A stretch of DNA of 63,949 bases, filler included, from Basidiobolus ranarum (lineage: Eukaryota): assembly GCA_040143965.1 (NCBI GenBank). It is 3 parts of 3 records of this genome, joined end to end, with 100 filler letters (N's around TTAATTAATTAA, not from the genome) between each part and the next. Parts side by side here need not be neighbours in the genome. Positions count along the whole stretch, not along the records: positions 43,842 to 63,949 come from JASJQH010007109.1; 2 more parts are not named here. The stretch is one strand, 5' to 3'. Every line of letters starts with the position of its first letter. Within the stretch, counting starts at the first letter, position 1. The notes under the pieces are model-generated. The model made no database searches. It was not told the DNA's origin and worked only from the letters and a program-made list of their open reading frames with translations. This document shows, one piece after another, positions 49,426 through 63,949 of this stretch. Position numbers and translations under genes: made by a program.

Positions 49426-52400
49426 ATGAACTCTGTAAATCCTTGCGGAACTGACCGCATGGATGAAACTCTTGCGTTGCTTGACTATGATAAGTTAATC
49501 AATTTGCCCGATTCCGCTTTTATCCCAACACCTCGCATAAATATTACCTCACTTAGTCAAGAAGAATTAATTGCCAAAGTTGAAAGTATCGTCGTTCAGC
49601 AAGGGATTCCCCTTATAATAGAAAATGTTGTCCAAGGTCACAAGTGGGATCAAGAACTTCTGTCACCTGAATGGCTTTATAAAAATTATCATGATATGGG
49701 TCAGTCATTTAACTTTTATCGAGTAGTAGATTGAAATCGGTTTACTTATATAAATTGAACCTAATCCATTCATCTCGGTAGAGATGGCGCCTAGAGATAT
49801 GGCAACAAAAGAAGATCTTCAAGATTGGACATTAGGAAAATACTTGGATTACGTTGCAGAAAACAATAAAGAATCCAACCCTCAAAAGCTTTATGGAAAA
49901 GACGTTGATTGTCCTTCAGAGTGGTCAGATTATGTCGCTAAACAATTACCCTCATATTTCGCATATAAAGGTCCGAATGATGTCATGCGTAAGTACCCCA
50001 CTTATTGCTATTCTTGTGAAGCAACTTTCATTTACGCTTTCAGCATCAAATCTTTCATAGCCTATCTTGAAGAAGATTTACAACCTGATAATCTTATGAT
50101 GTACCTTGGAATTGGTCAAACTTGGTAATCTGATTTTTTTAAGCTTCCATAATATCGGTAAAACTAATACTAGTATTTTAATAACGAAGGACACCTGGCC
50201 ACGCGGATATTTGCGCTTCTCACGGTCACAACATTATGGTTTCTGCAGAGCCAGGTGAATTTTCTATTTATACTTAGTGACTGTAATGATATTCTAATCC
50301 GTACGATTGCTAGATTCTTCGGCATTCTGGTTTATGGCAAAAACATCTGACAAGATCAACGCAGCTGCACTATGGTCTAAACATGCTTCTGGTGTTGCTT
50401 CCATCGATTCGGATAATTACTTTTGCCCCGTTAGTGATCTTGCCAAAGCTGACTTCCCTGTCTATGTAGTGGAGCAAAAGCTTGGAGATTTCGTTTTGGT
50501 AATGTTATATTCGTTTTTCCATTGATAAATCTAATTTGTAGTTTGAGGAAACTAAGCAGTTATATACTTTAGGTTCCTATGGAGTCAGCGCATCAAGTCA
50601 TCAATAAGGTTTGTATTTAAGAGATCACAATTATCATTGATAACAAGTGGCTTAATATGCTCGTACATCTCCCCAGGGAGGCTTGAACATTAAAGTATCC
50701 TGGAATCGATCTACTGCTACATCTATACGCTTTTGCTTTGATCATGTGCTACCTCTTTGGCGAAGGTATCTCTTAGATTGTTTTCTTTTATCCGTGTGAT
50801 ACTAATACCTCCACCTTCACACCAATAATATAGCATTCTCAAGCCTGAGGTATATCGTATTAGAGCTATGACACAGGCCACGATGATTGCATGGGCAACT
50901 AAAATAAGCAATAACGCAGAGTCCCTTTTAAAACTTCCGAAAGAGGAGTTACATCGATTTCTAGATGATTATAAGATAATTTTAAGCGTCTTCAAAGATA
51001 TGTTAACTGATGATTGGATTGAGGAGCGTCCCGATGGACTTGAGTATCCTCCCGAAATATCACCAGATAAGTTACAACATTCTAGAGTTTGTGATTTTTG
51101 CAAAGCCGACATTTGGAATCGATGGTTTTATTGTCGTCAATGTAAAGATAATCCGGATACCCAGATCGATGAAGAGGACTATTCGGGCTATGACATCTGT
51201 AGCAAATGTTACTCTGAAGAACGTACGTGCGTTCACTCACACAACATGGTTTTCATTGAGCATTCATCTATAAAACGTTGTATAACGCAATACACTGAAG
51301 CAATTGAAGCATTCAATAACTTCATACAAGGCCATGAATCTGGTTATTCCTCAGAAATACTTGACTTTGATTTCCCATTGTTAGTAACGGTCTTTTCTCT
51401 GAAGATAAATGAGTAACTTCATTAATATTTCTCTAAATTCAGGGATTTGAAAGGAGATAAAGTATCATATATGACTATTGCATATAATATGTACAGCTGC
51501 CGTAAAAAGGTTCGTATGGTATATCATGATTGTCCAGGATATTCATTTAACCTATTCTCCACTTATTGTCTTAGAAAGAAGCACCGGTCTATTGCCATCA
51601 ATGTAAAGCTTTAAAAAACACCACTTCTATGATTTGGTGTGGTTGTGGAACTAAATATTGTGGTCAATGTTACTACAATCGGTATCGCGAAAATGTCTAT
51701 GAACATATGCGAAATAGGAAATGGAAATGTAAGAAATGCTTAAAGCAATGCAACTGTGCTCAATGCCTTCGTAAACTTCATAAGACCCATCCAGTCATGG
51801 TGGATACCTCTGAATCCAAAGATATATCAAGTACTGAAAGTCATTCGACTCTTGGAAACTCCGGAAAACCAATCTATCCAGAAATCATGTGCACTTATCC
51901 AGGTGATAATCCTAAAAGTGTCGGTAATATTCTTGATGAGCGTTTTATTGGTCGCCTCAGCCAGCATAATAGAGTTTTGGTACGTTAACAGTTGCATATC
52001 TTTACAAGCCAACAAACGATTGATCTAACATGTCACTGTGTAGGATCTAGAAAATATCATCTCAAAGAGAAAGCGTGCAATTGATCTTATCTTCACCTCA
52101 GTAAGCACCCTTGATCTTATATAGTCTCCTTTTGACGATACTCAATTCATATTCTTAGCCACGGAAACGGGGGAAATCTGAGTTACGTGACGAAGTTAAA
52201 GAAGCTAGGAAAAACATTATTTCTCGTGAATTCGTCAATTTTCTTAAGCGTCTCGATTATCAAAATACTCTAGAATCCATAACTACCGACATTAAATTGA
52301 CTCCCGAAACCTCGATCGTCACCCAGATTCAACAATGGAAACTACTTTTGTCTGCTAACCCTAAATTGAGTCAAATCCTCGATGTATTTGAACAAGAAGT

Positions 52401-52476
52401 AAGCCCGCTTCTAGAGGATCCAACACCAAAGCTGGATACGGACCGCATGGAGGTAGATCCTCACGTTGAATTATAA
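49426..52476 (+). CDS. JmjC-domain + Cys-rich/zf-4CXXC_R1 chromatin protein, DMM-1-like (about 11 introns; 3' end uncertain, 52476-52560)
   Basis: Spliced motifs LYGKDVDCP, NLMMYLG..TWTPGHADICASHGHNIMV, FWFM, EQKLGDFVLVPMESAHQVINKG..IKVSWNR; CDFC..CRQC..CSKC; CHQC..CGC..YCGQC..WKCKKC..CNCAQC. Confidence 0.85.
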
Positions 52477-54341
52477 GCTATATTTGGTTTGAATCTTGTT
52501 AGTGAAGATCCAAAAAAACAATACTACGAAACTATCTTTGACAAAGGGCTATACATATAAACTTAAGCTTAAGGAATGAATTGACATATTATTGCTGCCT
52601 GTATTCTTCCGTGTATTGATGATAAATTTACATTATCGAGATTTCCTGGTTTAACTCAAGTTGCTACCATTTATGTATCTTCTTCACACCATTTATATAT
52701 GGTCTTGTTTAGGACGCTCTATTTTCTCTAACGATAATGTAGTATTATATGAGAACGTAGGTCAGTGATTCAAATAACTTGTACTAGGTTTGATTTTCCT
52801 TTGTCCATATATACCTGGTTCATGATGTATTGGCAATAAATCATCAGGTTACCATCAAGTATCCATCAAAATATAGTTGAGAGGGAGGTTTGGCTCTTTT
52901 AGTAAGACATTATTAATCAAATGGTTTGCTCTACTTCTGATGAGCAACAAGCAGCACACTACAATATACCTCAGTCTTCGTTTATTAGCGAGTGTCAACG
53001 TGTGGCCAACAATGCGCCGAACACAATCAACTAGAGCATCCTTTTATTGTAAGAGGCGAGCTTGTGTGAATATGGTGATGCCAAACATAATAGAACTGCC
53101 AAATGAAAAATCCTTACGTTGCTTCTATAGAAAGAAGTATCATTTTTGCTCCATACAATGTTATTTACCTTCTCGATGGTGATCATATGTCCGTGAATAT
53201 CTTAAACCACTAGCATTTTTGGCTCCAGTCTTAACTCCGAGCAAGTTTCTCATTTTTATAAAAGTGAGTTTTCTCAACTCTCTAGAATGAGGTTCAAGTA
53301 CATTCCACACTTAAACTTCTCAATTAACCCATAGTAATTATAATAGGTATCTAATTAAGAAGTTTAAGGGGGAAGTTTGAGACATGAGTAAATCAGGTGA
53401 CTTACGTTACCAAACTGGGAAAATAGTCTCTCTAAATCTTCTTCACCGGTCAGCTCAGAAAGTCCAGTGACGAAAAGATTGTTACCGGAATTAACTTCCT
53501 CTAAAGAAACTTGCTCACATTACATAGAAGTGAATGGGGATGTCTGTTGTCTATCTGCAAAGCGATGTTAAATAAGGCGATACGTGGACGTCGAGATGTG
53601 TTTTAACCTTCGACACGGGAAAATCCGGAGCTATCTTAACCTTCATCTTCATATATCAAGCCTATGAGATGTGTCTAGAAAACATGTCAACTAACAATAG
53701 TACCGTAGTCAATCGACTTAACTCAAGACGTAGAGAACGTATGAAAACGAATCAAGTTTACACAGTTCAACTGACAAACTCTTCTCAGGGATGTCATCAT
53801 GAGGGTTTGTCCCCAACCATAAGATACAAGAGCGCACGACCAATATGAGGAACCTTGGGATTCACTAAATCAAAATTCACGTGATTGTCACACTAATAAT
53901 TGAAGTTTATTTCTGACAGTTTGTTACCTATCTATTGAATGCATCGTCCACGTGACAAGCGTCGGTTAAAAAGTCATTGAATTATTCTAACTATGGATAT
54001 ATAATTTGTTACGCAGTGAGGAATTTCTGATCTAGAAAATATCCGTAATCACAACAGTTTCCCATCAAAATAAGTGAAAAACCCGACCTCCAATCAAACG
54101 TTTCCCATAGTATACCAACTTTATAATTACCCAAAGGATCAACGTCAGAGAGAGCATTGAGTATCTCCCTTTTCACTCCTTATTTCACTCAATAAAGGCG
54201 TGAATTCAATACCTGTATCTTCTAACCGTCAGCATAGAGCTTCAGCACCTTATTGGATTCCCTATCCTCCCGTTCTCAGTGCTTTCCTACTTTAATCTTT
54301 CAACAAATAACTAGTGCTAAGCAGTCGACAGTACAAGCACC

Positions 54342-55193
54342 ATGGGTATAGTATTTAGTAAAGTTTGGAAGTTATTTTGGAGTAATGATGAGCACAAAAT
54401 CGTAATTGTGGGTTTGGACAACGCTGGTAAAACCACAGTACTATATAAACTGTAAGAGATTTCTAACACCAAAGTCAGATTCTGTTTCTATACTCATCTA
54501 ATCAACATATTCCAGCTTATATAACGAGGTTGCGTCCACCACACCCACCATTGGTAGTAATGTCGAGGTTATTTCTTTTTAATTGATTCACCTGGTACAC
54601 CCACTTGCTAACTAATATATTTGAACAGGAAATTGTATACAAAAATATTCGCTTTTTGATGTGGGATGTAGGCGGACAAGAAGCATTAAGAGCCTCTTGG
54701 TCGGCATATTACACTAATACCAAGGTAAGGGTGGGTTATTCTCATATACACTAGTGCAAATTGTTAACCAAATTACAAAGGCTGTCATCATGGTGATTGA
54801 TAGTAATGACAAGGATCGTCTACACATAGCCAAAGCAGAGCTACATAAAATGTTGGAAAGCGATGTAATAATGAACCAGCTGAATATCTTCTTCAGAATT
54901 GATATTTATTGATTCCTTAATTATCTATCTCTAGTCCTTAAAAGGCGCAAGTCTTTTAATCCTCGCCAATAAACAAGATCTTCAAGGAGCACTGACAGCA
55001 GCACAAATCTCGGAAGCACTCTCCTTGACCTCACTTACCGATCATCAATGGCATATTCAAGCTTGCTCGGCTCTCACTGGATTTGGGTGAGTTTAGAGAT
55101 AGTGTGCGGAAATTATATTTCAACAACTAACATCGCTTTATATCTAGTCTGTTTGAAGGACTTGACTGGATAGTCGATAGATTGACATCATGA
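54342..55193 (+). CDS. ARL5: ADP-ribosylation factor-like GTPase ARL5 (5 introns; absent from ORF track)
   Basis: [72 protein letters not shown]-myristoylation Gly2. Confidence 0.92.
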
Positions 55194-56010
55194 AAGGTTG
55201 GAGGATATAACTCCATACTATACACCAAGCTTACAAATATATCCTTATGAACTTGTGGTCATCCCACTCCATAGCTATTTCCACTGATCTCGTTAACAGC
55301 CCACTTTTCAAATAAACAGTTGTTATTAGAAACGCTTTGAAAATGTAACGTCACTCGAGACTATGTATTGTTTGGACATTCAGCACCACTCAAATGAATG
55401 ACCATATTATTAAGAAACCAAACTACGTGGTTAAGCTAATCTCCTTCAACAATAGTGGCAAGTAGCCAAGGACATCGTATAGGAATCTTTACTATTACTT
55501 CGGTCCAGCCAGAAGATGTCAACCCTGATTGAAGTTCATCTGTAGCTTACTTAGAGTAGTTAAATCAAGTCAAATATGTTACAAAGTTTAGGGTGAAAAT
55601 AATGTTGTATATATATAGCTTATAGAATTAATCGTTCAAATTGATTGTTTCTGCGAACCATCTTAACTCTGAATGTGAAAAAATCAACTAGAAACCATTC
55701 ATTACATTAAGTAGATTAAAAAATGTATGAATTTTGAATGATAAACATTAGAACTGAAAATTGAATAACCAATAACCACCCTCAAAAACCCGATCACAAA
55801 GGATAATGTACATCCAAAAACTATAATACACTATGCAAAGAAAAAAATGAGATACTACCGTCAAGAGATAGTCATGCTGGAACGTTGGGAATGCTAGACA
55901 TAACGCATCACTTCACAAATAGCAACTTGAAATAAACAGAAGTTATGAGACACGTGGTACAATACACTATAGAAGCTACGCCTAGATTACCATGAAAGTA
56001 CATCGCATGC

Positions 56011-57314
<1,304 letters not shown>

Positions 57315-60300
57315 ATTCTAAAAAGATAAAATAAAGCCACAGAAACAAATGAAATACTGTATACAGCGCACTCTAGGCTTTTAGCTTATATGTATAAACT
57401 GAGATAAGTAGATGACGAATATAACTCTCTTGAAGAATTGGTGAAGTCAAGAATTTGAAGGGAAATCGAGGCAGATGCGCCGAATTTATGGAACTTGTTA
57501 CACATCAATTCGATATTAAAATAGTGAATTCTTAATATTAACTATACCAGCTGACTGATGGCAATTTCAGTCTCATAATAATTGACGGAATGTCGGACGG
57601 CCTCAATTGCCCAGTTTTTATTGGCCCAATTGACTATAATTACCATATTCTCATCAAATCCTTGCACAATTTTCCCGATTTGTCACCAAATAGATGAATA
57701 TTGAATATTCATTTGAAACAAATATGCTATACTAGTATTCTATTACAGTGTGGGATAAATAAATATGAGAGGCCGCGATTAGAAGATATGGATAATTTCA
57801 GCCATCCAATTCCGGTGATTCCAGTGAGTTGAGGATCATTTCGGAGTATTAATGAGAATGAGAACCTTGATGAGTTGGACACTATCTGGAGTAGAATTTA
57901 CAACCAAGGCAGAAGGATTGATGCTAATGTAGCAGAGAGAAGAATGGCTTGACGCGCTAGAGGGGTCACTATCATAGACGTTTCCAAATCGATTGGAGAC
58001 CCCTAGGGAGCATATCCTGCATCAAAGCAATGGTAGCTTTTTCGACCATTCAAAGAGGGTTGTTATGAAATATCAAACATGGTTTGGATTGGCCGGATTC
58101 CGATCATTGAGTTCTACTCAATATACGTACGCTTAGGTTAAACGATGAGCCACATTATAGGATGTTGCAAGGGCATCTCATTATTTGTGACATGTGGATG
58201 TTGAAACGAAGAGCGGTCATGACAACTGTTACTACTGCATCCTGTAAATACCTGAGTGCTGGGATCGACTATTTAACACAAAGAGTGGGCTATCGGCAAA
58301 CTTAGTACTCCGTACGAGTTAAATCAACTTGATGTCCTCGCTTGCGGTGCCATTAGATATGTTTCTCCAAATAAAGACCATACAACTAGTAAAACGATCA
58401 GAGTCGCATCAAACTAAGTCACTCTACTCCTGGACATGATTCCCGTCAAAATTCGATATTTACATATTACACATACAAAACTTCCTCGCCTCTTTATTCA
58501 TCTATGTCTTAGGGTGTACTCCCTTCTTTTGACTTCATTTGTAATCTATGGTTGCCACTGGTGACGGACATGTGTGCAGAATGGCAATCTCGGTCACTCT
58601 CAGCAGGTTTTTGAAACCTCTGTTACAAAATGAGAGAAGTTTGATACTTTTGTCATTCAGAATCTTCATGTTTGATTGCTAGCATGTACAGCCTATTTTG
58701 TTATGGATGCTATTCGATTCCTTCCTACAGAAAATATATGAAATCTGTAAATGCTCGAATGAGTCATCCAAAATCCACTGCGGACAACTGATCCGGATTT
58801 CAAATTCCGTCAATGATCGAATGAGCCCAAGGTTCTTTACTTGGTACACACGGCAGAGTGCGTCATCTGAGATTTTTTCATCATACGATGTAGGTGCGAT
58901 TGACGATCAAAATAGTACCCCATCATTTGTGCGACACTCAATGCTTTATCGAGATCTTCTATTCTTTGATTTAATCAAGGTTTCCGACAATCTAGGGGAG
59001 TGGACTAGAGCTTCTAGGAGCTTCACCGTCCAAAGTAGGTAAGTGGGTTCTTTTATAGAAGCAAGTGGAAGCTGGGCGCATATGCTCAGTTCATAGGACG
59101 TTTCGGGTGTTATCCGTATCGGTAGCCCTTGAGCGAGAATCAGGGTGCCACATGATCGTCACACATTTCAAACTCCTCCTTCACCGCTAACCAATAGGAT
59201 CGATGGCGAGTGAATCTAGAGCGTCATTTCTTCAACTTGCTTGTCGTAAAAGCCTCTGTTACAATTTCTTTAATGTTGCTGTTTCGGTGGTAGTTTGTTT
59301 CTGTGCTACCATGGCGACTAGGGATAGGACAGTATGCTAGTTCTTGATGCGTTTCGCTCAAGTATAATGACCAATAAGTCATGATATATATGTCCAATAG
59401 GCACTGGATATTGGGCAGCTAGATGGATAGCAGAAATACTTTACTAGGCGCAGTGTATCTCTAGGTAATGGTTTTCATCATCCGGTTTAAAATGTTGGAG
59501 ACTACGTGTAAGTTATGCCTGATATTGGATGATGTACCCAAGTCTTGGTAGCAGTAACTTTAGGCTACACTTGAAGCATTGCAATATCAAGCTGCATACC
59601 AATAAAACTCAAAAAGGCAAGTTTCCTCAAAATCAATTTAGTCGCTATTTTTCCTTAAATAGTTCCCTCTCTAGTCTCAGGGCCCAACCCAATCTTGGTA
59701 GCATCAATGTACTATTGCCAGCGTTTACTAGTTCAAATCAGGATCCTGAGCTATGGTGGTTTGATATATCGCAGGATTGGCAATTCATGTATGCATAATC
59801 GCTGGAATGTACTGATACATCTTCATTATAGATCCATCACCTGAATTCAGAACCTGATTTCTCAGATTATTACGCAGTACTTCTGTATATTGTACTGGAA
59901 TTATGGTTATATGATTGCCATTATAAGTCCATACATGGATTAAAACATAGCCAAATCAAATAGCTTTCCAGAATTTTTGTACTTTATATGCAATTTTCTA
60001 GGCATACGTTTATATCTATAATTTCGGTTTATAATTACGAAGCCAGAAAATCTATCAAGTCACCAGTGATAATGACAATAGTATGTAGTTCAAGTTGGAG
60101 AAGCATTATATGTGTAGAACAACAATACCCTTGTGAAATGAGTACGAGTATTAAGTACAGTCAGGAAAATATAGAGCTCGCACTCAGGGCAATATGTATA
60201 CCTACATTGAAATCATTTTGGTCTTTTGCTACCATTATTATACCAAATCAGTTTATAAATAAAGCTTATTTTCTTTTCATAGAGCGCTTAATTAGTTTCA

Positions 60301-60830
60301 CCATACCCAAAAAATATCAGACCATAACATCCGTCATCAACAATATTCTTGCTTTTCTTTCAACGAACTTGAGACTTACCAATCAAGCTCTCTTAAAGTG
60401 TTTATTAACGAAAGAATATTTTAGTCTATCTATTCTCTAAACAGTTTGATAGCTGGTATCAGCGACTAACATTTCCTGATGAATCTCAGTGTATGTATGC
60501 AATTTGAAAGAAGTGACTTTTCCTACCGAACTTTGCTGGAAGCTTATGTAGTTTCTGAGAGTTTTACGAAATATAGATGGTGTAGAGCCAAGATTTGCTG
60601 ATATAATGCCAACTCTCATAACCATTAATTAGCCCACTGGATGAGCTTACAAAACTATGTTTAAACTTGAGATGAATTTCGTAGAATAGGCGACCGAAAA
60701 ATTTTGAATTAACTAATTATTTTTTTACACTCGATTATATCACGTGATTTTGATTATATTATCAAACAAACATATAGTAGCTTTCATTCCCTAAATCAAG
60801 TGATACCTGTTCGTTTCTTCTACCTTAAAT

Positions 60831-61884
60831 ATGGCTTCGAACGGGGAAGTAAGTGGCAATGCTATTAGATTTCCTATAGGGCCTTATTCATCAATAGATT
60901 TACTTTAGAATTTTGACACGAGTCTTCCAACTCCTGAAGTTGCTTCAGAGCATATGCCTGAAGAATTAAATAATTCCAACAATCTATCTCCTAGAGACGA
61001 TTCTAGAGATAGGACAAAAGAAAGATCTCCTGAAAGATCCAGTCGTCGCAGAAGCAGATCTAGAGACAGACGTGATAGATATCGTAATAAATCTAGAGAT
61101 CGGTCTGGAGGTAGATCCCGCGACAGACATAGAGATCGTTCTAGCGACAGATATCGGGATTATCGTGATTCACGTAACAGCCGTCGCAACTATCGTCGTC
61201 ACTCTAGGTTTGATTTATTTCTGTAACTACCTGGTATATTTGTTTTACTAATATTAGCCACTGGTTAGATCTCGTAGTCCTCCTAGGCGTAAGTTCCGTA
61301 GCCGTAGTCCTCCACAAAGAAAGGTATATATAATATGTACCTTTCTAATCATTACACATATTAATTGTTACTTTCAGGGTACTCCTCCTCCTTCCAAAGT
61401 CTTAGGTATTTTCGGGTTGAGTTTACGTACTCGTGAGAGAGATCTTGAAGAGATCTTCGATGAATTTGGTAAACATGAAAAAGCTAGTATTGTTTATGAT
61501 CACCGCGTAAGTAAATTAATTATGTATTTGAATAACGAGCATTCATCTAATTCTTTGTAAATGACAGACTGACCGTTCGCGTGGATTTGGTTTTGTCTAC
61601 TTCGAGCATGAGGAAGATGCCGCTAGGGCCAAGGAGAAAACTAATGGCTTGGTTCGTAACGAGAATTCTCCGGGTTTTTTTATTTCTTTTAGTTGACTCA
61701 AACATTAAATTATTAGGAACTTCATGGTAGACGTATTCGCGTAGACTTCTCGATGACACAAAGACCTCATTCCCCAACTCCTGGTCAGTATATGGGTAGA
61801 AAAACCCAACGTCCCAGTCGCCGTCGTAGCCGTTCCCGATCCTGGTCTAGGTCTAGATCCAGGGGGAGAAGTCACTCACGTTAA
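60831..61884 (+). CDS. TRA2: Transformer-2-like SR splicing factor (RS-RRM-RS, 5 introns)
   Basis: N-terminal RS domain; [19 protein letters not shown]...[10 protein letters not shown]...[24 protein letters not shown] (Tra2 signature linker); C-terminal RS domain. Confidence 0.92.
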
Positions 61885-62820
61885 TTGCTATCATGAAATT
61901 TGCGCTCAATTTTTTCTTACTATCCGTCGTTCGAGTTACTTTCTATGTTTGAGCAATTTGCACCTGGCACCTTTTGCTGTTTCAGAGTTTTATTCAACAA
62001 TGTCAAGATGCTATTACTATTAATACTGTCTTGAAATGGTTCTCAAAGGTATTACTGATATTATGACTTTGAAGTAAATAATTTATTAGATCAAATATCT
62101 CCTTCATACTCTGTTCACTTTGAATGGCTTCTATCGTTCGATAACAAATTATTCAAAATCTACTATAAACTAACATCATACTGGCAAATTACTTAGAGAA
62201 TTCTCAAATAGTCAAATAATCTTCCATAGTGATTCCCTCCGTGAATGAGAGAAGAGTAGAGTTGCCCCCGCTCCCAGATTAGTTACTTGTAAATCAAACA
62301 GGACATCCACGTAATAAGAAGGCGAACTTTGAAGTATACCCCAAAGTCCAACTACCATCACTGTCAACGTCATTACATTACCCTATTGATGACGAAACGC
62401 TAGATAGGTATTCCAATTTCACCATATTCAATGGGCCCTCATGAAATTAGACAAGAGTTGCTTGAGTGATCATATGATCCGCTGGAAAGTAAAATGAAAC
62501 CATCTGCAAACCCGGACACTTGGTTCACCTGAACCTTATATTGCTTCCAACGAATTTTGCTGTCTAGAATACTGAGTGCCTTTTGAGCATAATTCAAGTA
62601 AGCCGCTAACTATCACAAGATATGGAATTTCAAATATGCATTGTCACGCGGTATAAAATAAACTCCATTTAGGGAACACTCTAACACTACCTTTCATCAT
62701 TTGTTCTTGTCAATATGACCTATGTAGAATAGCCTAGAAACTTGACATCGATAAGGTTTATTCCTGCATATACATGATCAGGGTAAAACCAGAAAACACT
62801 CAAAAGTCTGCATTCAGATC

Positions 62821-63147
62821 TGTTGAAAATAACATAGCTTAAGCATTTATATAGTCATGTAGCTAGCTGTCTAAATTTCACTATGTTATTATTCAATATC
62901 TTCACTCGAAATTTACTTGGGATACTTTTACCAACATGGTAGTTCTCAGGTTATATGATTTCTCCATAAGACTCCAAACTTTGTCCACATGTTTCTGGAG
63001 CCTTCCTGTACATATTCTACATGTTAGTTTATCTACTTCTTGACAAATATATAAATAGCAACTTGCACTCAATAAATCAGAAAGTCAAAACCATCAATTC
63101 TTCTAGTTCTCCAAATCAGTTCCAGCAGCTCCTAAAATATTTCAACA
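62821..63147 (+). mobile_element. Copia-family solo LTR with perfect 5-bp TSD
   Basis: AGATC|TGTTG...CAACA|AGATC; colinear with the other LTR copies. Confidence 0.92.
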
Positions 63148-63507
63148 AGATCTACATAAATAGCCTAGTCAATATACTAGTGTGCCTGTTAGAGAGGTTT
63201 TGGATTCTTGGTGCTATATGAGACTCTGAAATTATTGATACAACATGTCTTGTTGACACAGTTATATATTGGCAAATTTAACCTTTAAGAACTCTTTTAA
63301 ATTCTATAGAAAGACTCTATAATAGGAGACACTAATTGATTGAATCCAAACCTAATTACAATTCACAGAATCTCCAATCAACATTTATACTAGCCTAAGG
63401 TTATACTAACACAAAGACTGGAAATACTTGATATGAAACTATTCCAGTGGTGCACTTAAGAGATACTTGCCCAACTTATGCTGAAAGTATTGAGAATACT
63501 TTATAGA

Positions 63508-63949
63508 TGTTGTAGAAATTGGTATTACCAAAACACCTATATAGTCATATATAGCTTAGTATTTAGTTTTCTTATATTTCACTAAGATATTATCCATTTC
63601 TCTCAATCAGAATTTACTTGGAATATTGACACCAACTTAGAAGTTCTGATATATAGATTTTTTCAAACTTATGCTAGAAGCCCCAAACTTTGCACACATG
63701 TTTCTGAGACCTCTCCTAGCACATTCTACATGTTAGTTTATTTACCTCCTGATAAAAGTATAAATGTTGACTTTCTACTCCATAAATCAATAAGTGAAAA
63801 CCACCAATTTGTCTAATTCCCCAAGCCACTTCCAGCAGGTTCCCAAATACTTTAACAGGTTGTGAGCCCCAAGCTTGCCCTCTCTGTAATGTCTACTTCT
63901 CAAAGTTATGGAACTTTTCCCTCTTCTGAAAAATTGAATGGAACCAATT
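63508..63949 (+). mobile_element. 5' end of a Ty1/copia element: LTR 63508-63857, PBS 63858-63869, gag start 63889 (runs off window)
   Basis: TGTTG...TTAACA, then GGTTGTGAGCCC, then ATG MSTSQSYGTFPSSEKLNGTN (copia gag KLNGxNY pattern). Confidence 0.9.

Noticed and set aside
59600-60632. Exon-like segments with plausible splice signals, including the 150-aa ORF at 59988
   Set aside because: Phases do not join into a coherent protein and no family is recognisable; needs RNA-seq or tBLASTx.

Overview
Eukaryotic, AT-rich, intron-rich fungal DNA. TRA2, ARL5 and ANKRD39 homologues occur alongside NHA1, AZF1-like, Whi5-family and DMM-1-like genes, which suggests an early-diverging fungus (inference only). 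The window is three contigs joined by two 100-nt N spacers carrying the artificial linker TTAATTAATTAA (21835-21934, 43742-43841), so adjacency across the gaps is unproven. About 21 protein-coding genes can be rebuilt by hand, many invisible or fragmented in the ORF track because of short introns: a PH-domain protein, ANKRD39, EB1/Bim1, Sec6, two convergent NHA1 Na+/H+ antiporter paralogues flanking TBL1/Sif2 and a bestrophin, an NAD(P)-binding protein, two F-box proteins, histone H1, two secreted Cys-rich proteins, a Whi5/Nrm1-like repressor, bL21m, a JmjC/zf-4CXXC_R1 (DMM-1-like) protein, ARL5, an AZF1-like C2H2 factor and TRA2. Contig ends carry remnants of one Ty1/copia family, with six recognisable copies of a ~350-bp LTR. 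Best leads: (1) a hidden two-exon Whi5/Nrm1-like G1/S repressor; (2) a copia family with a Ty5-type half-tRNAiMet primer site, a solo LTR with a perfect TSD and a hairpin-bounded microinversion; (3) near-total CpG loss confined to TE DNA, in a genome that also encodes a DMM-1-like JmjC protein; (4) a candidate MITE family; (5) the inverted NHA1 duplication around an anion channel. All calls were made by eye; no searches were run.
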